Of a DNA stretch of 64,000 nucleotides, positions 19,909 through 31,660 are shown in pieces. The DNA is from an uncultured Chloroflexia bacterium (GTDB taxonomy: Bacteria; Chloroflexota; Limnocylindria; Limnocylindrales; CSP1-4): NCBI GenBank assembly GCA_963696045.1, contig CAVOIR010000001.1, positions 139,199 to 203,198 on the forward strand, read 5' to 3'. The notes beneath the pieces are model-generated. The model did no database searches. It saw nothing but the letters and a program-made list of their open reading frames with translations, and was not told where the DNA came from. The position numbers and the translations under genes are program-made. The number at the start of each line of letters is the position of its first letter. Positions within the stretch are counted from its first letter, which is position 1.

Positions 19909-20728
19909 CTAGCGGACGGGGGCCGGGGCCGTGACGCGGCCGCGCGCCAGGAGCGTGCCGATGCCCTCGGAGCCCAGCGGCTTGGAGTAGAGGTAGCCCT
20001 GGGCCATGTCGCAGCCGAGGACGGCCAGTCGCCGCGCCTGGTCGCGCGTCTCCACGCCCTTGCCGATGGTGCGCAGGTCGCGCGCCCGGCACAGCGAGAG
20101 GAGGCCCTCGGCGAAGGCGACGTCTTCCTCGTCGCCGGCCGCCATGCCCGCGAAGCTGGGGTGCAGCTTGACGATCGAGAGCGGCAGGACGCGGACGACG
20201 TCGAGCGAGGAGCCGTAGCCGAAGTCCTCGAGCGCCAGGCCGACGCCAAGGTCCGCCAGCGCGTCGATGGGCCCGACCTGGTCGGTGCAGTCCGGCCCGA
20301 GCTCGAGCGTCAGGGATGCCGGATCGAGGTCCGAGCGCTGCAGGACGGTCTCGACATGCGCGAGCAGACCCGGATCGGCGAGCTGCCGCGCCGAGATGTT
20401 GACGTGCACGCGTCAGCGACTGCATGCGCGCGAAGCCGAGGTGCCAGGTGCGCAGCTGTCGGGTCGCAGCGTCGAGGACGCGCTCGCCGATGGGCACGAT
20501 GAGCCCGGTCTCCTCGGCCAGCGGCAGGTAGTCGCCCGGCGGGATGGTGCCCATGAGCGGATGGCGCCAGCGCAGCAGGGCCTCCACCGCGGCGATCGAT
20601 CCCGAGACCAGGTCGATGATGGGCTGGTACTCGAGTCCGAACTCGCTGCGCTCGACGGCCTGCTCGAGCTCGTCGGCGAGATCGATGGTGGGACGCTGCG
20701 TCCGCGCGCGCTCTGGCATGGAAGGCAC
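19909..20728 (-). CDS. Stand-alone EAL-domain c-di-GMP phosphodiesterase (frame change about 20405)
   Basis: LEYQPIIDL, AVEALLRWRHP (EAL motif), NISARQL, LALEDFGYG, VKLHPSF, IGKGVET, AQGYLYSKP. Confidence 0.8.
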
Positions 20729-20971
20729 CGTAGCACCGTCGCGGCGCCATGGCCCTCCTGACGGTGGTGCCCCCCGGCACCGGGGCCATCAGTACCATCC
20801 CCGGACGCGGTGGAGCGCGTCTGCCGGCAGGCAGGAGTGCCTGCCGAGCGCTCGAGAGGGGCATGCCATAATCCACTCCGCAAGCGTGGCAGCCGTGCGG
20901 CTCCGTGCGGGCGAGGACCCCGCTGTCGAGCCGCTCCGGCCAGGGCCACGGACGATTCGATCGAGGTCAAC

Positions 20972-21861
20972 GTGAGCGTCGAGACATCCACCTGGGCGAC
21001 CAAGAAGGGTCTGGCCCAGATGCTCAAGGGCGGCGTCATCATGGACGTCGTCACGCCCGACCAGGCGCGCATCGCGGAGGATGCCGGCGCCGTCGCGGTC
21101 ATGGCCCTCGAGCGCGTGCCGGCGGACATCCGGGCCACCGGCGGCGTGGCGCGCATGAGCGACCCGGCCCTCATCAGCGCCATCATGGACGCGGTGACCA
21201 TCCCGGTCATGGCCAAGGCGCGCATCGGCCACTTCGTGGAGGCCCAGGTCCTCGAGGCCCTCGGCGTCGACTACATCGACGAGTCCGAGGTCCTCACGCC
21301 GGCCGACGAGGCCAACCACATCGACAAGCACGCCTTCAAGGTGCCCTTCGTCTGCGGCGCCCGGGACCTCGGCGAGGCCCTCCGGCGCATCAACGAGGGC
21401 GCCGCCATGATGCGCACCAAGGGTGAGGCCGGCACCGGTGACATCGTCGAGGCGGTGCGCCACATCCGGGCCGTGAACGCTGGCATCCGAGCGCCTCGCG
21501 ACCATGCGCCAGGACGAGCTCTTCGTGGCCGCCAAGGAGCTTGGGGCGCCCTACCCGCTCGTGACCGAGGTGGCCGCCACCGGGCGCCTGCCGGTCGTCA
21601 ACTTCGTGGCCGGCGGCATCGCCACGCCCGGCCGACGCGGCGCTCGCCATGCAGCTCGGCGCCGAGGGCGTCTTCGTGGGCTCGGGCATCTTCAAGTCCG
21701 AGCATCCTGCCACCACGGCCAACGCCATCGTCCAGGCCACCACGCACTTCGATGACCCGCGCATCATCGCCGAGGTCTCCCGCGGTCTGGGCGCGCCCAT
21801 GCGCGGCCAGAGCGTCGCCTCGGTCCCTGAGGAGGAGCGGCTGGCGGTACGCGGCTGGTAG
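20972..21861 (+). CDS. pdxS: Pyridoxal 5'-phosphate synthase lyase subunit PdxS (two frame changes)
   Basis: [66 protein letters not shown]. Confidence 0.9.
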
Positions 21862-21895
21862 GCGGCGCACCGGTCGAGCGGTCCGACGACCGAGC

Positions 21896-22596
21896 GTGAG
21901 GATCGGCGTCCTCAGCGTCCAGGGCGCCTTCGCCGAGCATGAGGCCGTGCTCGGATCGGTCGGCGTCAGAGGCCGTCCCGGTGCGCCTGCCCGAGCACCT
22001 CGAAGGCCTCGCCGGCCTCATCCTGCCGGGCGGCGAATCGACGACCATGCGCAAGCTCATCGACCGCTGGGGCGCTGCGCCAGCCCATCCTCGACCTGGC
22101 CGCGCGCGGCGCGCCGCTGCTGGGCACCTGCGCCGGGATGATCCTGCTGGCCCGCCGCATCAGCGACGGCGACGAGCCGGTCCTGCCGCTCATCGACATC
22201 ACGCGTGAAGCGCAACGCCTTCGGCCGCCAGCTCGACTCGTTCGAGGCGGACGTCGAGGTGCCGGTCCTGGGCGACCGCGCCCGTCCACGGGGTCTTCAT
22301 CCGGGCGCCGGTCGTGGAGCGCGTCGGCGACGACGTGGACGTCCTGGCGCGGCTCGAGGACGGGCGCGTCGTGGCCGTCCGGCAGCGCAACGCCATCGCC
22401 ACGGCCTTCCATCCGGAGCTGGCGGGGGAGACCGCGCTTCCACCGGCTGCTGGCGACGATGGCGGAGGCCTACCAGGAGCCCGCCGAGGGCACCGGCCGG
22501 CGCCACCACCCGACGCGCCGGCGTGCAGGGCGACGCGAGCCCGAGGCCGCGGGGCCGGACATGCCGCTGATGCCGAGGAACCGGACATGCCGCTGA
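21896..22596 (+). CDS. pdxT: PLP synthase glutaminase subunit PdxT (at least four frame changes; end uncertain)
   Basis: [55 protein letters not shown]. Confidence 0.8.
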
Positions 22597-22601
22597 TGCC
22601 G
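22555..22601 (+). repeat. 21-bp direct duplication CCGGACATGCCGCTGATGCCG separated by AGGAA
   Basis: The copies lie at 22555-22575 and 22581-22601. The second contains the ATG (22587) of the next gene, and the spacer supplies a GAGGAA SD-like sequence. Confidence 0.85.
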
Positions 22602-23692
22602 CGGGCCGGCCGCGTGCGAGCGGCGCGCATCACGGACCTCGCCGCCGTCGGCGAGCTGTCACGGCTGGCCCATCCATCCGGCTCGGACGGTCACACCACG
22701 GCCGGTCGAGCCTCGCGCGACGGCCAGGAACGTCCGGAGCGACCGACCCGCTCGCTGGGCCTGCCCGTCACGGCCAGCCACGTCTCGGTGTTCAGCCTCT
22801 TCCGCATGCCGTTGGGCGCCTTCCAGCCCCACGACCAGCTGTACGTCTACGAGGAGGACGGCCGACTGGCCGGCCTGGCCCGCGTCGAGCGCGACACGAA
22901 CCGCGACGAGTGGACCATCGTCGAGCTCGACGCCGTCGATCACGGCGAGGCCGGCGACATCCGCTTCCGGCTCGTCCAGCACCTCCTGCGCGACGGCTCC
23001 CGACGGGGCGCGTCGCGCTTCCACGTCGCCTGTGCCGACCGCGGCGGCAACGTCGAGCTCTTCATGCAGGCGGGCTTCGCGCGCTACGGCGAGGAGACCA
23101 TCCTCTTCCGTCGCCCCGGGCTGCGCTTCCCGGGCCTGCGCGGCGCCGATGCCGAGGGCCTCGGGCATCCGCCCGGCGGTGGCCCTGGACGCCGTGGACC
23201 TGAGCCGCCTGTACCGCCGCGTCACGCCCGCTCCGGTGGCGCGCCTGGAGGGCTATCGGCTGCCGGACTGGGAGCACCTGCCCGGCCGCTCGAGCGTGCC
23301 TCGCACGTCGCTGACGCCGATCCTGCGCTTCGCCGACGTGGAGGCCTACGTGCAGGAGAGCGGCGACGGGGGCGCGGGCTCGCGGCCATGCTCCAGCTCG
23401 GCGTGGCCAAGGAGCAGCAGCCTCACTACATGCGCGTCCTCACCCTGCCCGAGCACGATCCGAGCGCGCTCATCCGCTTCGGGCTGGCCATCATCGGCAA
23501 GCGCAGCGGCGCCGGCCGGTCGCCCGACCGCCGAGCCACCAGCACGGCGTCATGTCCTGCGTGCGGACCTACGAGTCGCCCATCGACCATCGCCTCGAGG
23601 ACCAGGGCATGGAGGCCATCGCGACGGTCTCGCTGCTCATCAAGGAGGCGCTCGTGCGGGTCGCCGAGCCCGCGCTGGTGCCGGCCATCTGA
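22587..23692 (+). CDS. GNAT-family acetyltransferase-like protein, probably two tandem GNAT folds (frame changes)
   Basis: [14 protein letters not shown]...[19 protein letters not shown]...[10 protein letters not shown]...[26 protein letters not shown]. The second half reads [13 protein letters not shown]...[20 protein letters not shown]. The stop overlaps the next ATG (TGATG). Confidence 0.55.
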
Positions 23693-25824
23693 TGACCACG
23701 CCAGCCACTGGAGAGCCCATGTCCGCCGAGCATCACACCCACCCAGCCAGCGACGACCTCGACGCCCTGCTCGATGCGCTGCCCCCCGAGATCGGCGCAG
23801 CGCATGCGCGCCCTGCCCCAGGTCGAGCACCGTCATCGAGGTCGTCATGGACCTCGGGCGCAAGCCGGAGGCGCGCTTCGGCGGCGGCGGCGAGGAGGTC
23901 CTGCTCGACCGCGAGATCGGCCAGGACGACATCCAGTACGTGGTCGACCACGTGGGCTCCTTCGGCGAGGACAACCGCGCCGGCATCGAGCGCACGCTGC
24001 ACCGCATCAGCGCCATCCGCAACCGCAACCGCAAGATCGTGGGCCTCACCTGCCGCGTCGGGCGGGCCGTCTTCGGCACCATCGAGATCATCGACGACCT
24101 CGTCGAATCGGGCCAGTCCATCCTCATCATGGGCCGCCCGGGCATCGGCAAGACGACGATGCTGCGCGAGGCCGCCCGCGTGCTCGCCGACGAGCTCGAC
24201 AAGCGCGTCGTCATCGTCGACACCTCCAACGAGATCGCCGGCGACGGCGACATCCCGCACCCGGGCATCGGCCGCGCCCGGCGCATGCAGGTGCGCACGC
24301 CCGGACCTCCAGCACGCCGTGATGATCGAGGCCGTCGAGAACCACATGCCCGAGGTCATCGTCATCGACGAGATCGGCACGGAGCTGGAGGCGCTCGCGG
24401 CGCGCACCATCGCCGAGCGCGGCGTCCAGCTCATCGGCACCGCGCACGGCAACAACCTCGACAACCTCATGCTCAACCCGACGCTCTCGGACCTCATCGG
24501 CGGCATCCAGACGGTGACCCTCGGCGACGACGAGGCGCGCCGGCGGCGGACCCAGAAGTCGGTCCTCGAGCGCAAGGCCCCGCCCACCTTCGACGTCGTC
24601 GTCGAGATCGCAGGACCGCGACCGCGTCGCCGTCCACGCCGACGTCGCCGAGACGGTCGACGCCCTGCTGCGCGGCGACGCCGCTGGCGCCCGAGATGCG
24701 CTGGCGCGACGAGGGCGGCGTCCACCGCACCCAGGCGCGCCCGCGGCCCGGGCCCGCGCACGCGCATGCCCGGCGAGCGCTTCGGCGGTCTCGTCGGCGG
24801 CGGGCCTCGGCGGCTGGGCCATCGAGCCGGGCTGGCGTCCGGACGCCGCGGCGCGGTCCGGTCGGGCCCTGGCGATCCCGGAGGTCGGACGTGCCGGCGG
24901 CGCGACCGCGCGGCCGCACCGCGCAGCCGCAGCCGGGCCACGCGAGGCTCGGCCCGGCGAGGAGACGTCGCGGCCGAGGCGCCCGGCGCACGGTCTTCCG
25001 CTCCGGCGGCATCGCCGACCGGGGGCCGCTCGAGCGCGGCACCGCCGCTGCCCGAGCCGCGCGCCCGCGACAGCCGCGAGTACGAGCGCCAGGCGGAGTG
25101 GCGCGCCTCGGCCGGCCGGGCCCTGACCGAGCTGCTGGCCGAGGTCCGGGTCGAGCTGACCGGCGGCAGGAGTCGGCCTCGAGCCGCCGCCGGCGCCGCC
25201 CGTGCAGTGCGCCCCGCAGCGGCACGGCGGCGGCGCGCCAGTCGGCGACGCCTCGACCTGACGGCTGGCGAGCCGAGGCCGAGGACGACGAGGACGAGGA
25301 GGCCATCGCTCATCCGCCTCTCCGACCGCGAGCCGACGAGCGTGCTGCCGCTGGAGCCGCTCGAGCGTGCTCGGCTACGGCATCAGCCGCAAGCGCCTCG
25401 AGCAGGCCATCCGCGACCTGCAGCTGCCGGTCTTCGTCGTGCGCGAGCCGGACGAGGCCGACCTCGTCATCACGCTGCGCAACATCTACAAGCAGAAGTC
25501 GCCCGATCATCCGCGAGGCGGAGGCGCGCGGCATCCCCATCTACGTGCTGAAGTCCAACACGGTGGTCCAGATGCAGGCCATCCTGACGAGCCTCTACGC
25601 GCTCGAGATCGACCCGCAGACAGCTGGCCATGCGCGAGCTCGAGGAGGCCATCGGCCTGGTGCGCGCGGAGTCCAAGCCGGTCGAGCTCTCGCCGCAGAA
25701 CGCCTTCGTGCGCAAGCTCCAGCACCGCGCCGCCGAGGCCGCCAACCTCGTCTCACGCTCGCGCGGCCGCGAGCCGTTCCGTCGCGTGCGCGTCTACCCC
25801 GAGAAGGCGCGGGCCTGGCGCTGA
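23692..25824 (+). CDS. AAA-ATPase with C-terminal R3H nucleic-acid-binding domain (ycf45/SpoIIIAA-like), many frame changes
   Basis: P-loop [12 protein letters not shown], Walker [38 protein letters not shown]. The C-terminus reads [38 protein letters not shown] (R3H). Confidence 0.75.
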
Positions 25825-25829
25825 GCGCC

Positions 25830-26517
25830 GTGACCGACGTCGACGCCGGGCCCTCGGCGGGGCCGCTTCATCGTGCTCGAAGGGCCCGACGGCGCCGGCA
25901 AGTCCGCGCAGGCCACGCGGCTCGCGGAGCAGCTGCGGCAGCCGGCCACGCCGTGACGCCTCACCCGCGAGCCGGGCGGCACGCGGCTCGGCGAGCAGGT
26001 CCGCGCCATCGTGCTCGACCCCTCCGACGTCGCGCGCGGACCGATCGCCGACGCCCTGCTCTTCAACGCCGCCCGCTCGCAGCACGTCGCCGAGGTCATC
26101 CGGCCGGCCCTGGAGCGCGGCGACATCGTCGTCTGCGACCGCTACGCGACCTCCACGCTGGCCTACCAGGGGTACGGCAGCGGCGTCGACCGCGATGCCC
26201 TGCGCAGCCATCCAGGCCTGGGCCACGGGCGGCCTCGAGCCGGACCTCGTGGTCCTCCTCGACGTCCCGGTCGAGGTCGGGCCTCGCTCGTCGGCGACGC
26301 CGGTCGCGCCGACGAGCTGACCCGCTTCGAGGACGGCGCACGCCACGACCTGGCCTTCCACGCAGCGGGTCCGCGCGGGCTACCTGGAGATGGCGGCCGC
26401 CGATCCCGGTCGCTGGGTCATCGTCGACGGCAGCGCGCGCCGGTCGATGAGGTGGCCGTGGAGGCGGTCGCGCCGTGGACGCCGCGCTGCGGCGTCGCCG
26501 CGGCGGTGAGCCGCTGA
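25830..26517 (+). CDS. tmk: Thymidylate kinase (frame changes)
   Basis: [14 protein letters not shown]-loop, [45 protein letters not shown]. Confidence 0.8.
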
Positions 26518-27520
26518 GCAGCGGCTGGCCGGGCCTCCTGGACTCCCGAGGATGGAGCCCGGACCCTGCGACTTGGCCTCGCCGAGGGCCCGCTCCGAGG
26601 CGGCCACGAGGTCCGCGCCGGTGGCACCGTCGGCGGGGTGGTGCACGACGGCCGCCGAGACGCTGATGTCGACCTCGCCGATGGGCGGCAGCTCGGCGAT
26701 GGCGTCGCGCAGCCGGAGGGCCACGATGCCGCCGGCGTCGCCGGGCGCGATGACCACGAACTCGTCCTCGCCGAAGCGGGCCACCGTGTCGAGGAGGCGG
26801 ACGCGATCGGCGATGGCCGCCGCCACGTGGCGCAGCACCTCGTCCGCGACGCGAGCGCCCTTGCGCTCGCTGATGTCGCTCAGGCCGTCGACGTCGAGCA
26901 GGACGACCGCGAGCGGCGTGCCCTGGCGCGTGGCCCGGGCGATCTCCAGCTCGAGCATGCGCTCGAAGGTGACGCGGTTGGCGAGGCCGGTGAGGCGGTC
27001 CGTGTGCAGCAGCCGGTCGGCGTGATCCGAGCGCTCCCAGGCCGAGTTGCGCAGTCGAGCCTGGCGGATGGCCACGGCGGCCAGGTCGGAGATGGCCAGG
27101 ATCGTATCGGGCGCCTCCGCGAAGGGCGGCTCACCGGCGAACCAGCCGATGACCAGGAGGCCCTCGAGGAACGGCGCCGTCCTCGTCCTCGACGACCAGG
27201 GGCAGGAGGAGACAGGACCGAGCCCCGGGCAGGAGCGGCGCCAGGCCTTCGGGTACCGCGGGAGGCATCAGGGCGATGCGGTCGGCGATGGCGCGAGCCA
27301 GGTCGGCGTCAGCGTCCGCCACCGCCAGGGTCACGCTCGCCATCGAGCGACAGCAGCAGTGCCCGTCTCGACGTCATGGAGCAGGACGGCCACGACGTCG
27401 CCGTCCGAGACGGCGAGCGCCTGCGACGAGAGGGCCTCCAGCTTGCTCGTCGAGCCCACCGCCACGCGCCACGACGCGCGCGGCGTCGAGGAGGCTGAAG
27501 GGCACGATGCGCTGCGTCAT
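26500..27520 (-). CDS. GAF-like sensor plus GGDEF-domain protein with variant active site GEDEF (frame changes; ends approximate)
   Basis: DRLTGLANR, AVVLLDVDGL, I-site RLLD, then ARFGEDEFVVIAPG, then EALGEAKSQG. The N-terminal pieces (MTQRIVPFSLLD..., LLLPLVVEDE) look GAF-like. Confidence 0.6.
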
Positions 27521-27556
27521 GGGTGGCCCGATGATAGTGCCGTTGGCTGCGCCTGC

Positions 27557-28617
27557 CTACGGCTCGCCGGCCAGGACGGCGGCCTCGCTCAGGATCTGGC
27601 GGTACGCGGCTGGATCGACGTTGCCGCCGCTCACGACCATGACGATGTCACCGCTCGCGGTCGAGGCTCGCCCGGTGCCGCAGCCAGGCCGCGATGGGCA
27701 GGGCGCCGGATGGCTCGGCCACGATGCGAGCCTGACGGGCGGCCTCGAGCATGGCGACCTTGATGTCGTCCTCGCTGACGGTCAGGACGCCGTCGAGCAG
27801 CTCGTGCAGGTGGGCGAACGGGATGCGGCCCAGGGCGCTCGTGCGGACGCCGTCGGCGATGGTGCGTCCGGTGCAGCTCGGGGGCCCAGCGCACGATGCG
27901 CCCCTGCGCGCATCGAATCGGCTGCATCGGCCGCCAGCTCGGGCTCGACGCCGATGACCGTGGCGTCCGGGCGCAGGCCCTTGACGGCGACGCAGACGCC
28001 GGCCGAGAGGCCGCCGCCGCCGATGGGCACGAGCACGGTCAGCGGCTCGGCGTCCCATCGGCCGCGTCCGCAGCTCGGCCAGCTGCTCGACGATCTCCAG
28101 GCCCGACGGTGCCCTGGCCGGCCACGATGCGCGCATCGTCGAAGGAGGGGACGAGGGCCATGCCGTGGCGCTCCGCGAGCTCGTCGGCTCGGGCGATGCG
28201 CTCCTCGTTGTCAGGACCCACGACGTCGATCTCGGCGCCGTCGGCGCGCACGCCGGCGACCTTGATGGCGGGGGCGTCGCTGGGCATGACGATGACGGCT
28301 CGGATGCCCAGCAGGCGCGCCGCTCGCGCCACCCCCTGGGCATGGTTGCCGCTCGAGTGCGAGACGACACCGGCGGCGCGCTCCGCATCCGTGAGCTGGC
28401 TGAGCGCGTTGTAGGCGCCACGGATCTTGAAGGCGCCGATGGGCTGGAGGTTCTCCGCCTTCAGCCAGGCGCGCGGCGCGTCCGCCATCCAGCGGGCAGC
28501 CCGCCGAAGGCCAGCAGCGGCGTCCGCAGCGCGACGCCACGGAGGCGACGGCGGCCGCCTGGACGTCGGCCAGCGTGACGCGGGCATCGGGCTCGACGCG
28601 GTCATGGGTGGCAGTCA
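27557..28617 (-). CDS. PLP-dependent threonine/serine dehydratase family enzyme (frame changes)
   Basis: [14 protein letters not shown] (PLP lysine), [21 protein letters not shown]. The length of about 350 aa leaves no room for an ACT regulatory domain. Confidence 0.75.
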
Positions 28618-28742
28618 CGTCGGTATACTGCCGCCACCGCGGACGGCGGTGCTGCGGCCGTGCTGTCGCAGCGGATCCGCCGTGAAGCCGCCCCGTTCGC
28701 GTCGGATGGCCACGCCGGCAGCATCGGAGGAGCCTCTCGATC

Positions 28743-29950
28743 GTGGCCATCGGGGTCGATCACCGCTCCGCGCAGCCCGACCGCGGAACGGGGCATCCCG
28801 GCCCGACGCGCGTCCCGGGTCGACGGGCTGCGCCGCGCCTACGGCTTCGACGACGTCTCGCTGGCGCCCGGGCCCCGCACCGTCGAGCCCGCGGACGTGG
28901 ACACCTCGGTCGAGGTCGCCGGCCTGCGCCTGGCGCATCCCGATCCTCGCGGCGGCCATGGACGCCGTCGTCGACGTCCGCTCGGCGGCCGAGCTGCGCC
29001 GCCTCGGCGGCGTGGCCGTCCTCAACCTCGAGGGCGTCCAGACCCGCTACGAGGAACCGGCGCCGATCCTCGAGCGGATCGCCGAGGCGCCCGCCGAGGA
29101 GGTCCAGGAGCGCCTCTCGGCGAGCCTACGAGCCGCCCATCCGCGAGGAGCTCGTGGCCCGCCGCATCGCGCGAGCTCCATGCCGCCGGCTCGCCGGCCG
29201 TCGTCTCGGCCACGCCGGCCTCGGCGCGCAGCGCTGGGGTCCCTTCTGCGCCGAGCAGGGCGCCGATGTCTTCCTCGTCCAGTCGCAGGTCTCCTCGGCG
29301 CAGCACCTCGCCGCCGGCTACGAGCCGCTCGAGCTGTCTCGACTTCACGCAGCTCATGGGCATCCCGGTGGCGGTCGGCAACACGACCTCGTACGAGGCG
29401 GCGCTGCCAGCTCATGGAGCAGGGCATCGCCGCCATCTTCGTGGGCGTCGGGCCCGGCGCGGCCTGCACGACGCGCGAGGTGCTGGGCATCGGCGTGCCC
29501 CAGGTGACGGCCATCGCCGACGTCGCCGCGGCGCGTGACGACCACTTCGAGCGCGACCGGCCGCTACGTGCCCGTCGTCGCCGACGGCGGCATGCGCCGG
29601 GGAGGGGAGCTGGCCAAGGCCATCGCCGCCGGCGCCGATGCGCTGATGCTCGGCTCGCCGCTGGCGCGCGCCAGCGAGGCGCCCGGCCACGGCACCAACT
29701 GGGGCATGGCGGCGCCCTCGCCGACGCTGCCGCGTGGCACGCGCATCCGGGTCGGCACGGTCGGGCTCGCTGGAGCGCATCCTGCTCGGGCCCTCGCGCG
29801 TCACCGACGGCAGCGAGAACCTCGTCGGCGCGCTGCGCCAGTCGATGGCCGCCCTCGGCGCGGCGGACATCCGCGCCATGCAGCAGGTCGAGATGGTCTA
29901 CGCGCCGGCCGTCGCGCGTCGAGGGCAAGTCCTGGCAGCAGGGACGCTGA
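28743..29950 (+). CDS. guaB3: GuaB3-type IMP-dehydrogenase-related protein (many frame changes)
   Basis: [73 protein letters not shown]. About 400 aa with no CBS pair. Confidence 0.7.
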
Positions 29951-30095
29951 CGCCCCTGCTGCGATGGTCACGCGAGCCACGGCGATGCCGCGGTGCGATC
30001 GTGGGTCGTCGCTGGCGCGCACGCCGAAGGTCCTGGTGAGGCCCGGTACCGGCAGCCTGTTCCGGTGCGTGGACGCACCGGTCAGACTGCGCCCG

Positions 30096-31348
30096 TGATG
30101 ACCCCTGGAGGAAGGGTCGGCCGCCGTGTGCCGTCCATCATCGCCCTGGCCGTGCTCGCCGCCCTGTCGCTCGACCCTGCTCGCGGCACCGGTCCTGGGC
30201 GCCGGTTGGAGCACTCTCAAGCGGGTGACCGACGAGCGCGGCTCTCGCCTCGACTCGCTGCACCAGCTGGCTGCCGACCGTGGCATGTTCCACGTCGTGC
30301 ACCCACGCATCGGGCCGGGCGCGACCGACGACCGCGTCTTCTACCAGCGCTCGGACGACCAGGGCGAGACGTGGAGCGATCCGACGCCCCTCTTCCAGGC
30401 CACGAGCGCACATCGCCAGGTGGTCCCCAACCTGGCCCTCGCCGCCAGCCGCGACACGGTGGCCGTCGCCTGGCGCGTGAGCGGGCCAGAGGGCCACGCC
30501 CTGCTCCTGCGGGTGAGCCGGGACGGCGGGCGGACCTTCGGCAAGCGCAAGGACGTCTTCTCCACGAAGCGAGACGACGGCATCGGCGTGCCCGCCGTGG
30601 CCGTCGATCCGGGGGCCGGGTCGTCGTCGTGGCCTGGACCGATCGCCACAGCGCGGAAGGTCCTGCTGCGCATCCAGCCGGGACGGCGGCCGGACCTTCG
30701 GGGACGCCCGCACCATCGGCCGCACGAACCTCTCCATCGACTGCCGCGGGCGCCTGACCGACGGTCTCGTCGGCCTTGCGGCATCGCAGCGCTTCATCCA
30801 CGTGGCCTGGTCGGACGCGCCCGAACGCGCCGCTGCCAGGCGAGCAGCATCCAGGACGCGGCGCTCGGGCGACCAGGGCCGCACCTGGGAGGCGGCGCGC
30901 ACCATCACCGAGCCGGCGGAGCTACGGCTGGCCGGAGCTCGACGCGCGAGGCCGGACGGTCATGGCCACCGTCCAGGCGCCCGGCGGCGACGTCATCGTG
31001 GCCCGCTCCGTCGACGACGGCGCGAGCTGGAGCGACCGGCTGCTCAAGGCGCCCAAGGGCTCCAACTTCAGCGCCGCCGACGTCGTCCTGCTGCCCGACC
31101 GGAAGGCCATGATCACGTACGTCAACGAGCGGGTCCGCAGGGCCAGGCTCCTGGCCACGAAGGTCGTGTCGCGCTGGAGCCCGGACGACGGAGCCAGCCT
31201 GCGCGAGCCGCGGACGGTGGCAGGGGAGGCCAGGCGCCTGCGCATGGCGCCCAACATCGCCAGCGACGGGCAAGGCGTCAGCATCGTCCTCCAGTCGGGT
31301 CCGCTCTCCGGCTCGCCGCGCAACGTCTTCACCTCCCGCCTCCGCTGA
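30096..31348 (+). CDS. Secreted BNR/Asp-box (sialidase-fold) repeat protein (frame changes)
   Basis: Signal-like IIALAVLAAL at the N-terminus. Asp-box repeats: SDDQGETW, SRDGGRTF (twice), SGDQGRTW, SVDDGASW, SPDDGASL. Confidence 0.65.
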
Positions 31349-31660
31349 CCGGCCACTGCAGGTCCGGAGCAGCGATCCTCGCCAGGTCGGGCACCACGCG
31401 CTCCGAGCTCGCGAACCCGCTCGAGGCGTACACGATCGCTGAACCACATCACCGGCCGAGGCCCGCCGCGCCCCGCGGTCACACGAGCTGAACGCTGGGC
31501 CCGGGCGCGCCCAGCGCCTCAGCCCGGAGCGCCACGTCGGAACCAGGTTCACGCTCGGTTCGAGCCGCTGCGACATGTCCGTGGAGCGCCCGCGCCGACC
31601 GGACCGTTCGACCGGCCGCGTAAGTGCCGAGAAAGGGCTCGCTCGTTCAATGATCGTGTC

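Noticed and set aside
22314-26450. 1378-aa ORF in the track, and similar giants at 55297..58218, 10337..12529, 38500..40545, 11084..13141 and 34628..36733
   Set aside because: These are chimeras. Different segments match different proteins (pdxT tail, GNAT, R3H-ATPase, tmk), and the intervening parts are Arg/Ala/Pro-rich nonsense. Stop codons are rare at this GC content, so frame-shifted read-through produces artificial giant ORFs.
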